This document shows, piece by piece, positions 19,575-27,872 of a stretch of 64,000 bases of DNA (position 1 is its first letter; the number at the start of each line of letters is the position of its first letter). A program made the position numbers and the translations under genes. The stretch lies in NCBI GenBank assembly GCA_963770565.1, contig CAVYQE010000011.1, positions 384,001-448,000 on the forward strand, given 5' to 3'. Origin of the DNA: an uncultured Actinomycetota bacterium (GTDB lineage Bacteria; Actinomycetota; Actinomycetes; JAFAQI01). Below the pieces are notes generated by a model. That model had not been told where the DNA came from. It saw only the letters and a list, made by a program, of their open reading frames with translations, and ran no database searches.

Positions 19575-20855
19575 TCAGGACGAGTTGACCATGCCTCGGC
19601 CCAGCCAGTCGTTGCGATCACGAACGCCGGGGAGCGCGAAGAAGTAGCCGCCGCCGACCGGGCTGACGTAGTCGACCATCGGCTCGCCGACCAGGCGGGC
19701 CTGGACGGCTTCGAACTGCCGCTTGATGTCTTGCTGAAAGCAGTTGAAGACCAGGCCCAGGTCGAGGTTGCCGTTGAGGTCGACGCCCCGGTCGTAGTTG
19801 TAGCCACGGCGGTAGATCCGGCTCGGCTCGGTGCGGTTGGTGCGCGGGTTGGCCAGTCGGATGTGCGCGTCGAGCGGAATCACCTTGCCGAGTGGATCGG
19901 CGTGGTAGTCGGGGAGGTCGGCTTCGGTGACACCGTCGAGCGGCGCGCCGGTGTCGCGGAACCGGCCGATCATCGTCTGCTGCTCGTGCAGTGAGACCCG
20001 GTCCCAGAACTCGATGAACATCTTGATGATCCGGCAGACGTGGTAGCTGCCACCGATCGCCCAGGTCGGCTCGCCGTGACCTTTCTCGACCCAGAGCAGC
20101 TGTCTGGAGACGGCCGGTCGATCGATCTCGGGGTTGGCGATGCCGTCTTTGAAACCGAGGTGGTTGCGCGGTACGCCGGACGGTCGCGACGGCGAGATGA
20201 AGCCGTCGATCCGCCAGCGAATCGCCATCCCGCCGCGGGTGTGCTTGGCCAGATCGCGCAGCGCGTGGATCGCCGTATCGGCGCTGCCCGCGCAGATCTG
20301 CGCGATTAGGTCGCCGCCGGTCTGGGCCGGGTCGAGGTTGTCGTTGGGGAACGAGCGCATCGGGGTGAGATGGCGCGGTTTCGCCCCGGCCAGGCCGTAG
20401 CGGTGGTCGAACAGGGTCGACCCGACCCCGACCGTCATCGTGAGGCCGTCGGCCGGTACGTCGGGTCCGAGCGTGCCGCTGTCGGCAGGTGGCGCGCCGA
20501 CTCCGAGGTTGCGCGGCGTGCCGCCGGCGGTGAGGAAGCGGGCCCGGTGGGTGATCGTGTGGAACAGCTCGACGAGCTCGTTGCGATGCTCGGCCGTCAC
20601 GTCGAACGCGGCGAAGCAGGCGGCCGGTGGCGGCGGAGTGCTGATGCCCGCTTGGTGGGCGCCGTGGAACGGCACCGGCGGCAGGTGCGCGGCCGGATCG
20701 CGAATGGTCGGAACCTCAGGTGGTTCGTCAGCCTCGCCGGGGCGCGGATGCGCTCGCGTCGCGGCCTCGGCCGGCGTGAGTCCCGCCCCCGCGAGCGCCG
20801 CACCGGCCGCCACGATCCCGGAGCGCCCGAGGAACTGCCGGCGGTCGATGGTCAT
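19575..20855 (-). CDS. efeB: Tat-exported Dyp-type peroxidase (EfeB-like)
   Basis: Twin-arginine DRRQFL, GAHQAGI, RNHLGFKDG, AHIRLANPR, RRGYNY, FEAVQ.RL, PVGGGYFF. Confidence 0.9.
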   Translation of the reverse strand: MTIDRRQFLGRSGIVAAGAALAGAGLTPAEAATRAHPRPGEADEPPEVPTIRDPAAHLPPVPFHGAHQAGISTPPPPAACFAAFDVTAEHRNELVELFHTITHRARFLTAGGTPRNLGVGAPPADSGTLGPDVPADGLTMTVGVGSTLFDHRYGLAGAKPRHLTPMRSFPNDNLDPAQTGGDLIAQICAGSADTAIHALRDLAKHTRGGMAIRWRIDGFISPSRPSGVPRNHLGFKDGIANPEIDRPAVSRQLLWVEKGHGEPTWAIGGSYHVCRIIKMFIEFWDRVSLHEQQTMIGRFRDTGAPLDGVTEADLPDYHADPLGKVIPLDAHIRLANPRTNRTEPSRIYRRGYNYDRGVDLNGNLDLGLVFNCFQQDIKRQFEAVQARLVGEPMVDYVSPVGGGYFFALPGVRDRNDWLGRGMVNSS

Positions 20856-22072
20856 GACTTTCCGATCGTCAGCAGGTCGGGCACCGGCGCCAGGATGTTC
20901 AGGACGCGGCCGACGGCCGAGTCGACCGCGTCACGACTGCGCCGGGGCAGGTCGGCGACCGCGACCCACGCGCCGCTCTTCGCTCGGGTCGCGTTCACCG
21001 CTGCGGCCAGCCTGGTCAGCGCCTTGCGAGCGTGCGAGACGAGGTGTGACGAGCGCGGCCTGATCAGTTGGGCCAGCAGGCCCAGCAGCTCGCGGGTGCC
21101 CGCAACGTCAGCCCGCACTGACGCCAGGCTGGTGCCGCTGCCGTAGTCGTCCTGCCCGGTGAGGGAGTCGCGCAGCGCGTCCTCGAGGATCTCGTGGCAA
21201 CGCAGTGGCAGGCCGCTGACACCTGCGGTGGTCAGCGGGAGCCACTGCGAGATCGGCGGCGTCGTCAGCCGCGACACGGCGCGGGCGAGAGCTTTGGCAT
21301 CCGTAGTTGCGGCAGCGATGTCCGCGCGGGTCCACAGGTCGTACTCGACTTTGTGGAAGCCGGTGAACCTCGGGCTCGACGTGCCGCCGACCAGCCCGGC
21401 AGTCGTGCCGTCGATGGTGCGGCCCAGGGTGCCGAATGCGCTGTAGGCACCGTCGTCCTGACCGATCCGAAGCCAGGTCAGGTGCGCGGTGAGCGATGCC
21501 GTCTTCGCGTCGGCGACGTCGTCGCCGGCCAGGTCGGTCTCGAGCGCGTTCGTTTGGCTGGTGAGCAGGGCGAACTCGTGGCCGACGTAGGCCCGGTAGG
21601 ACCTCATCGCGGGTGTCAGTTCGCCCCGGGTCACCGGTACGACCGGTGGCCCCGGTCCCCCGTGGTTCGGGTCGACCGGCACGGTCTGGACGTCGGACAC
21701 TCGTGACGGCCGGCCGGTCAGGTCGCAGCCCCAGACGTATCGCCGGCCCCGGGCGAGGGTGACCACGAGCTCGCGCACCGAGTGCGGCTTGAGGTGTTTG
21801 ACGGTCGCGACGATCGCGTTCGACCGGGGATGGAACAGGTAGATCGTGGCCGAGTACGCCGACCGGTTGGTGATCGCGAAGTGCGCGCGGCCGGGGTTGG
21901 GGGCATACCACCTCGGCGCGCAGGTCGTGGTGGTCACGTAGATCCGCTGGCCGCGAAGGTGGCCGCCGACCTGACCGGAGGCGGCAGCACCGCCCGCCGC
22001 CGGAAGTGACCCGTACGTCAGTGTGGTGGTGGCGATCGTCGCCACCACCACACTGCTCGTTCGATACCGCAC
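20852..22072 (-). CDS. efeO: EfeO/EfeM-like imelysin-family iron-binding protein with N-terminal cupredoxin-like region
   Basis: Signal peptide, FTGFHKVEYDLW (HxxE), HEILED, GQDDYGS; overlaps the efeB start. Confidence 0.82.
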   Translation of the reverse strand: MRYRTSSVVVATIATTTLTYGSLPAAGGAAASGQVGGHLRGQRIYVTTTTCAPRWYAPNPGRAHFAITNRSAYSATIYLFHPRSNAIVATVKHLKPHSVRELVVTLARGRRYVWGCDLTGRPSRVSDVQTVPVDPNHGGPGPPVVPVTRGELTPAMRSYRAYVGHEFALLTSQTNALETDLAGDDVADAKTASLTAHLTWLRIGQDDGAYSAFGTLGRTIDGTTAGLVGGTSSPRFTGFHKVEYDLWTRADIAAATTDAKALARAVSRLTTPPISQWLPLTTAGVSGLPLRCHEILEDALRDSLTGQDDYGSGTSLASVRADVAGTRELLGLLAQLIRPRSSHLVSHARKALTRLAAAVNATRAKSGAWVAVADLPRRSRDAVDSAVGRVLNILAPVPDLLTIGKS

Positions 22073-22107
22073 AGTTGGTTACCTCGCGCGAGCCGTCGCT
22101 GACATGG

Positions 22108-23358
22108 CTAGCGGTTCGTATAGACATCCGATCCGAACGACACGACCTTCGGCTGCTGGGCATCGCCGAGGTGATGCAGCCCGAAGATGTCCTCGATGCT
22201 GCGCAGCAGCGAGAAGTGGTTGTAGGGGTTCGTGGTCGTCGTACCGGGCTTGACGAACTTCGACAGCACGATCGCGCCCACCCGGCCACCGCCCGGGCCG
22301 TAGAGTCCCGGCTCGTTCATGTTCGGGTGCGACGGGGCGGAGTAGCCAGTGCTGACGCGTTCGCCGCAGCAGGCGCCGGCGTCTTCGTCGGACCCCGACT
22401 CGTCGAAGTTGATCACGATCATGCCGTTCGCCTTGTAGGCCGGCGAGTTCGTGATGATCGGGATCCACTTCTTCAGGAACTCGTTGACGCGGATCAGTCC
22501 GCCCTTGCGGCCGTCCTGGCACTTCGGGGTGTCATGGCCGTCGGCGCAGGTGTTGGGCGTGATGAACGAGTAGTTCGGGGTCGTCGAGATCTTCTTCAGG
22601 TCCTTCTGCAGTGGCTTGAGGGTCAACACGTGCGAGTCGCAATAGGCCTGGTTGTCGATGATCGACTTGAAGTAGACGAACGGGTCGTGTCGGGTCGCGT
22701 AGCTGTCGGTCTTCGGCCCCGTCGAGTCGGTCAGGTCCTCGGCGCCGAGCGCCGGGTGGCCACACGCCGGGCCGTTGGCGGTCTCGACGGTCTTGTCGCG
22801 GTGCGGAAGGTTGCCCATGTCCTGCTCGTAGGCCCGCCAGGTGAGGCCCTTGGCGGTGAGCTGGTTGGCAAGCGTCTTGACGTACTTCGGGTAGACGCAG
22901 CCCTCGCCGGAGAGCTGGTGGTACTTCGTCCACTTGTCGAAGTTCTCGCCGCCGAACTGGATGAACGGCTCGTACAGACCGCAGTCCTGGCCGAGCTCGT
23001 AGTTGGTGTTCTGTCCTGAGATCATCGCGGTGTAGTTGTCGAGGCTGTCGTGCCCGATCCCGTAGTACTGCGTGAGCAGGGCGCCCTTGGCCGGCAACGT
23101 CTTGGCGAGGTACGGCGCCTGCTTTTCGCCGGGCTTTCCGAAGCTGTATCCGAAGGATTCATTTTCCAGCGTGATGATCCACACGTGCTTGATGCCCGGC
23201 GGCGTGGAGGCCTTGGCCGGGTGCGCGGCTGCCGCCGGGTGGGCGGCGCCGCGGGTGTGTGCAATGGCCGCGGGAACGGCGACGACCAGGCCGACAACCA
23301 GCGCGAAGGCAGCGACCGCCGTGGTCGCGAGACGGTGGGTCTTGAGGGTCTTCGGCAC
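22108..23358 (-). CDS. Secreted phosphoesterase (acid phosphatase / phospholipase C superfamily)
   Basis: IKHVWIITLENES, HDSLDNY, YATRHDPF, FITPN.C.DGHD, INFDES, GGGRVG, YNHFSLLRSIEDIFG; GTG 23358 with GAGGAG RBS. Confidence 0.85.
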   Translation of the reverse strand: MPKTLKTHRLATTAVAAFALVVGLVVAVPAAIAHTRGAAHPAAAAHPAKASTPPGIKHVWIITLENESFGYSFGKPGEKQAPYLAKTLPAKGALLTQYYGIGHDSLDNYTAMISGQNTNYELGQDCGLYEPFIQFGGENFDKWTKYHQLSGEGCVYPKYVKTLANQLTAKGLTWRAYEQDMGNLPHRDKTVETANGPACGHPALGAEDLTDSTGPKTDSYATRHDPFVYFKSIIDNQAYCDSHVLTLKPLQKDLKKISTTPNYSFITPNTCADGHDTPKCQDGRKGGLIRVNEFLKKWIPIITNSPAYKANGMIVINFDESGSDEDAGACCGERVSTGYSAPSHPNMNEPGLYGPGGGRVGAIVLSKFVKPGTTTTNPYNHFSLLRSIEDIFGLHHLGDAQQPKVVSFGSDVYTNR

Positions 23359-23534
23359 GGTGTGCTCCTCTGTTTGGTGGGTCGCTAGGCGCCACTCGAG
23401 CGGCAAAGTAGCAGATTGCCTACAACAAGACAAGCCGATAATCTGATTGCCGTCAGCATAGTTCGGGGCGAGCTCCGGCTGAGGGATGCCCGGATCGACG
23501 CCGCGCTGGATGCATTCGCGAAGTTGGAGGTCGG

Positions 23535-24962
23535 GTGACCGAGATCGACGCGACTCCGTCGTGGCCGAGCGTTCACACCGAGCTGCCCGGCCCGCGCAGC
23601 CGCGCGTTCTTCGAGCGGCTCGACTCGCGGGTGATCGCGGGGATGACCGACCACGACGAGGTTCCCTTCGCCGAGGCCCGCAAGGTCGGCTCGCTCATCG
23701 AGGATCTCGACGGCAACGTCTTCGCCGACCTGGTGTCGGCGTGGGGCGCGGCGCCGTTCGGGGGCTCACCCGCTGATGTCTTCGAGGCAGTAACGACCGC
23801 GCAACGGCGCTATGGGATGGAGATCACCAACTACATCCCGAACGAGCCCGCTCTCGCCCTCGCTGAGCGGCTGCTCGACGTTGCCCCGCCGGGCATCACC
23901 CGGGTCGCGAGTGCCCTGAGCGGCACGCTCGCCGTCGAGGCCGGCGTGAAGCTGGCCCGCGAGTCGACCGGCCGGCCGATCATCCTGACCTTCCACGGTC
24001 AGTACCACGGCGAGGCGACCTACCTCACCGCGAGCGCGTCGAGCGACCTGTCCGAGGTGGCGAGCTCTAGTGCGGCGTATGTCGGCGGGCTGGTGTTCGC
24101 GCCGTACCCGAACTCGTTCCGGGCGCCGTTCCACCGCGGTCCCGGACCGTACGACGACCTGATGTATCTCGACTACATCGAGGACTGGCTACTGGTACAT
24201 CAGGTCGAGCCGGAGCAGATCGCCGGCGTGCTGATCGAGCCGGTGCTCGGCGAGGGCGGCATCCTGGTGCCATCGGAGGCCTTCTGGGCGCGACTGACCG
24301 CGATGTGCCGGCGCTGGGGCTGGAAGCTGATCCTCGACGAGGTGCAGACCGGCATGGGTCGCTGCGGCACGATCTTCGCCTGCGAGCGATGGAATCTCGA
24401 GCCCGACATCGTCTTGCTGGGCAAGGGGATCACCGCGGGCGGCCAGCCGATCGCGGCGGTGCTCGGCACCGAAGCAGTGATGGCTGACTCCGACGTGCAC
24501 GGAGCCGGAACCTTCGCCTGGACGCCGGCTGCGTGCGCGGGTGCGGTGGCCGGCATCGATCGGCTGCTCAACAGCGACGTCCTGGCCAATGTCGCGACCA
24601 TCGAGGCGATCGCGCACGCCGAGCTCGATCCGCTGATCGAGGAGATCGAGCAGGTCGGTGACGTGCGCGCGGCCGGCGCGCTGATCGGCGTGGAGTTCGT
24701 CACCGATCGCGAGACGATCACGCCCGCGCCGGCCTTCCACCGGTCCGTGCACCAGGCCGCGATGGCCCGCGGCGTACTCGGCATCACCCAGTGGGGGAAG
24801 TGGGTCTACCGGCTGCAGCCGGCGCTGACGACGGCGCCGGAGCTGTTCGAGTGGTCGTGCCGGGCGATCGCGGACGCGATCCGCGAAGTCGCCGCAGACC
24901 CGCCGGAGGAGCCGGCCAGTCTGCTCGACCGCGGCAGCCCGGGCGGCACCCGCCGCCGCTAG
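23535..24962 (+). CDS. Class III PLP aminotransferase, paralog of 12527-13912
   Basis: EDLDGN, YHGE, EPVLGEGG, LDEVQTGMGRCG, LGKGITAG, GTFAWTP. Confidence 0.88.
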   Translation: MTEIDATPSWPSVHTELPGPRSRAFFERLDSRVIAGMTDHDEVPFAEARKVGSLIEDLDGNVFADLVSAWGAAPFGGSPADVFEAVTTAQRRYGMEITNYIPNEPALALAERLLDVAPPGITRVASALSGTLAVEAGVKLARESTGRPIILTFHGQYHGEATYLTASASSDLSEVASSSAAYVGGLVFAPYPNSFRAPFHRGPGPYDDLMYLDYIEDWLLVHQVEPEQIAGVLIEPVLGEGGILVPSEAFWARLTAMCRRWGWKLILDEVQTGMGRCGTIFACERWNLEPDIVLLGKGITAGGQPIAAVLGTEAVMADSDVHGAGTFAWTPAACAGAVAGIDRLLNSDVLANVATIEAIAHAELDPLIEEIEQVGDVRAAGALIGVEFVTDRETITPAPAFHRSVHQAAMARGVLGITQWGKWVYRLQPALTTAPELFEWSCRAIADAIREVAADPPEEPASLLDRGSPGGTRRR

Positions 24963-25126
24963 TGTCCTGCGTCAGAAGTTGCCTGCCACCACTTGTGGCG
25001 CCCGACCGCCGCCTCGCGGCGTTGTCGTCGTCGGCGGTAGCTCCACTACCGCGCTCCTCCTTCGCCTTGCGAGTCCGGCGCCCGGATCACCACAACTGGC
25101 GGCGAACTTCTGACGCAGGACGCTAA
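24959..25126. repeat. ERIC-like / MITE-like palindromic element, copy 1
   Basis: Terminal arms TAGTGTCCTGCGTCAGAAGTT / AACTTCTGACGCAGGACGCTA (1 mismatch); core GCGTTGTCGTCG-hairpin-CCTCCTTCGCCTTGC shared with 55989-56152. Confidence 0.8.
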
Positions 25127-25554
25127 CGGACCGCGGAGCGGGTCAGCCGGCGCCGCCGGCGCACGGTGTGGACGACGAGCAGTCCGGCCAACAGAACTCC
25201 GGTGATGGCATGCCAGCGGATCGTGGTCGGGTGCCCGATGACCCAGTCCCAGATCCCGGACGCCAGCATCGCGGCGGTTAGCGATGCGAGGCCCAGGTCG
25301 GCGAGGGCCATCCGGCCCGAGCGGGTCCGCATGCTGCGCACCCGGACCAGCCTGGCGGCCAGGTTGGCAGTCGTCTGGCGCCGCTGAACGATATGGACGA
25401 CGACGAGACCGACGAAGATCAGTCCGAGGCCGATGTGGATCGCCAGTACCGGCTCGAGCACGAGTGACACGAGCGCGGTCGCGATCAGCGCGAGGTGGAC
25501 GCAGGTTCGCAAGACTGTCTGCCGGTCCCGCGCGGCCAACCGGGTACCACTCAC
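25123..25554 (-). CDS. Small membrane protein with two H-x13-H helices (DUF4405 / cytochrome b-like); start uncertain
   Basis: HIGLGLIFVGLVVVH and HAITGVLLAGLLVVH; about four hydrophobic segments; the ORF-track start 25629 lies inside a repeat, so GTG 25554 was chosen. Confidence 0.65.
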   Translation of the reverse strand: MSGTRLAARDRQTVLRTCVHLALIATALVSLVLEPVLAIHIGLGLIFVGLVVVHIVQRRQTTANLAARLVRVRSMRTRSGRMALADLGLASLTAAMLASGIWDWVIGHPTTIRWHAITGVLLAGLLVVHTVRRRRRLTRSAVR

Positions 25555-25616
25555 CGGCACAGCGTGTCCCGGCCGCTCGCGCGCCGCATCAGGGGAGTCC
25601 CCGATCCGCACCCTGA

Positions 25617-25711
25617 CCCGTTTCAGCACACGACGCCCCTGCGCCGGCGACGCAACTGGCGCGGGTCGGCCGAAACGGCGCGAACCAACGACAGTTGTGT
25701 GCTGAAACGGG
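25617..25711. repeat. 95-bp inverted-repeat element just downstream of aroA
   Basis: CCCGTTTCAGCACAC (25617-25631) / GTGTGCTGAAACGGG (25697-25711), exact reverse complements. Confidence 0.7.
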
Positions 25712-25715
25712 GGAG

Positions 25716-26999
25716 CTAGGCGCCCGCGGTCAGGAGCGCGAGGTGGTCGGCGAACGCCGGGTAGCTGGTCGCGACCGCGTCGAACCCGTCGATCCGCGAC
25801 TCGCCGTGCGCCGCGGTCGCCGCGACAGCAGCCGCCATCGCGATCCGGTGATCGCCGTGGCTGTCGACCCGCGCCGGCTGCAGCCCGTGACTGCCGGTGA
25901 TGTCGAGACCGTCGGGGTGCTCGGTGACGCTGACGCCGAAACCGGTCAGCATCGCCGCGATGGTCGCGACCCGGTCGGACTCCTTGACCCGCAGCTCGGC
26001 GGCGCCGCGGATCCGGGTGACGCCGGCTGCCAGGGCGGCCGCGATCGCGAGCGCGGGGATCTCGTCGACGAGGCCCGGCACTTCTTCCGGCGTGATGTCG
26101 GTGGCACGCAGGTCAGTGCCGCGAACCCCTACGGCGAACGCACCGCGCGCCTCGCTCGTGACGCTGATCTCGGCGCCCATCCGGCGCAGGACGTCGAGGA
26201 AACCGTCGCGAGCCGGTCCGAGATAGAGGTTGGTGATCGTCACGTCGCTGCCCGGCATGGCCGCGGCGCCGGCGATCCAGAACGCCGCCTGAGACGGGTC
26301 GCCTGGCACCGATTCGTCGAGCGGCTTCAGGGTCGACCGACGTACCGAGGTTGTCGTGCCTTCCACGGTGAGATCGGCGCCACGCGCGAGCAGCATCTCT
26401 TCGGTATGCCGCCGGCTGACCGCCGGTTCGCGGACCACGGTGGTGCCGTCCGCGGCCAGCCCGGCGAGCAGGATCGCCGACTTCACCTGCGCCGACGCGA
26501 CCGGCGTGGAGTAGTCGATGCCGTGCAGACCGCCGCCAGTGATGACGAGGGGTGCGAACGACCCACCGGACGGACCGCCGATCTCCGCGCCCATCAGCCG
26601 CAGCGGGATGGCGATCCGATCCATCGGACGGCTTCGGATCGACGCGTCTCCGTCCAGTTCGGTGCGGAACGCCAAGCCGGCGGCGACGCCGGCCAGCAGC
26701 CGGATCCCGGTCCCGGAGTTGCCGACGTCGATCACCTGGTCCGCCGGTCGCAGCCGGCCACCGGTGATGCGTACGCCGTCATCCGCCCGCGCCACGTCGG
26801 CGCCCAGCGCGACGACGGCGGCGAGCGTGTGGCCGACATCCGCGCCGTCGGAGAGCCCGTGCACGCTGCTCGTGCCGTCCGCCAACGCCGACAGCAAGAT
26901 CGCCCGATGCGAGATCGACTTGTCGCCGGGGACCTCGAGCCGGCCGGTCAATCGGGTGGGACCGGTCACCGACAGCGACCGCGCGATGTCGTCCGTCAT
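25716..26999 (-). CDS. aroA: EPSP synthase, class II type
   Basis: PGDKSISHRA, GNSGTGIRL, RPM, SAQVKSA, RRHTE, PGDPS, DEIP, ELRVKESDR, GDHRIAM, TSYP. Confidence 0.95.
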   Translation of the reverse strand: MTDDIARSLSVTGPTRLTGRLEVPGDKSISHRAILLSALADGTSSVHGLSDGADVGHTLAAVVALGADVARADDGVRITGGRLRPADQVIDVGNSGTGIRLLAGVAAGLAFRTELDGDASIRSRPMDRIAIPLRLMGAEIGGPSGGSFAPLVITGGGLHGIDYSTPVASAQVKSAILLAGLAADGTTVVREPAVSRRHTEEMLLARGADLTVEGTTTSVRRSTLKPLDESVPGDPSQAAFWIAGAAAMPGSDVTITNLYLGPARDGFLDVLRRMGAEISVTSEARGAFAVGVRGTDLRATDITPEEVPGLVDEIPALAIAAALAAGVTRIRGAAELRVKESDRVATIAAMLTGFGVSVTEHPDGLDITGSHGLQPARVDSHGDHRIAMAAAVAATAAHGESRIDGFDAVATSYPAFADHLALLTAGA

Positions 27000-27098
27000 G
27001 GCTGTGTCGAGGGCGGCCGATCGCGCCACTCCGCCGCTACCATAGTTGTTGCATTGTAAGCAATTTGGCCATGGCTCGGCCGGGGGCGTCGGCGCGGG

Positions 27099-27824
27099 GT
27101 GGTCGAGAAGGGATCCGCGGTGACTGCTCCGTCCTCCGGTGGGTCTGGGTCGCTCGAACCGCTCCAGCTGCAGAGCACGCCGGCCCTGATCGCGGACCGG
27201 CTCCGCGCGGAGATCCTCGAGGGTGCCTTTCCCGCCGATTCGCAGCTGTCAGAGATGGAGCTGGCCCGCCAGCTGCGGGTCAGTCGTGGCCCGATTCGCG
27301 AGGCGATGCAGCGACTGATCCAGGAAGGCCTGCTTCGGGCCGAACGTAACCGGGGGGTCTTCGTGGTCGAGCTCGACCACGACGATGCCCGTGACGTTTA
27401 CCTCGCCCGCGGCGCGGTCGAGCGCACCGCGGCAGCGATCGTGACGCAGCAAGCCTCAGCGGAGGCGCTCGCGTCGCTTCAGCAGGTGGTCGACCGGCTC
27501 ACCGCGTCGCTGGACGGGGACTGGGCGGACGTCATCACCGAGGACCTCGCGTTTCACCAGACCCTGGTCGAGGCGGCTGGCAGCCTCCGGCTGTCCCGGA
27601 TGTTCCGCACCCTGCTTGCCGAGACCCGGCTGTGCCTGATCCGGCTCGAGCCGTTCTACGACGGCCGGTCCGATGTCGTGGCGGAGCACCAGGACATCCT
27701 CGACGCGATTCGCTCCGGTGACCTGGCCACTGTCGACCGCCTGATCAGCCTGCACATGGACTCTTCCGCGGCGCGTTTGTCGGTGCCGAAGACCGGAAGT
27801 GCGGGCGACGCACCCGCGGACTGA
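27099..27824 (+). CDS. GntR-family regulator (HTH + FCD), divergent from aroA
   Basis: LSEMELARQLRVSRGPIREAMQRL..EGL, DLAFHQTLV, EHQDILDAI; start could be GTG 27120. Confidence 0.92.
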   Translation: MVEKGSAVTAPSSGGSGSLEPLQLQSTPALIADRLRAEILEGAFPADSQLSEMELARQLRVSRGPIREAMQRLIQEGLLRAERNRGVFVVELDHDDARDVYLARGAVERTAAAIVTQQASAEALASLQQVVDRLTASLDGDWADVITEDLAFHQTLVEAAGSLRLSRMFRTLLAETRLCLIRLEPFYDGRSDVVAEHQDILDAIRSGDLATVDRLISLHMDSSAARLSVPKTGSAGDAPAD

Positions 27825-27872
27825 CCGCGGCCTACTCCGCCGGCCGAACTGGTCGGCGGGAGACTGGCCGGC

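Noticed and set aside
8153-26999. Glyphosate-degradation or phosphonate-biosynthesis cluster (class II aroA, flavoprotein, aminotransferases, enolase)
   Set aside because: No PEP mutase, phn genes, glyoxylate carboligase or glycine-oxidase-type enzyme in the window; nothing specifies a phosphonate substrate.
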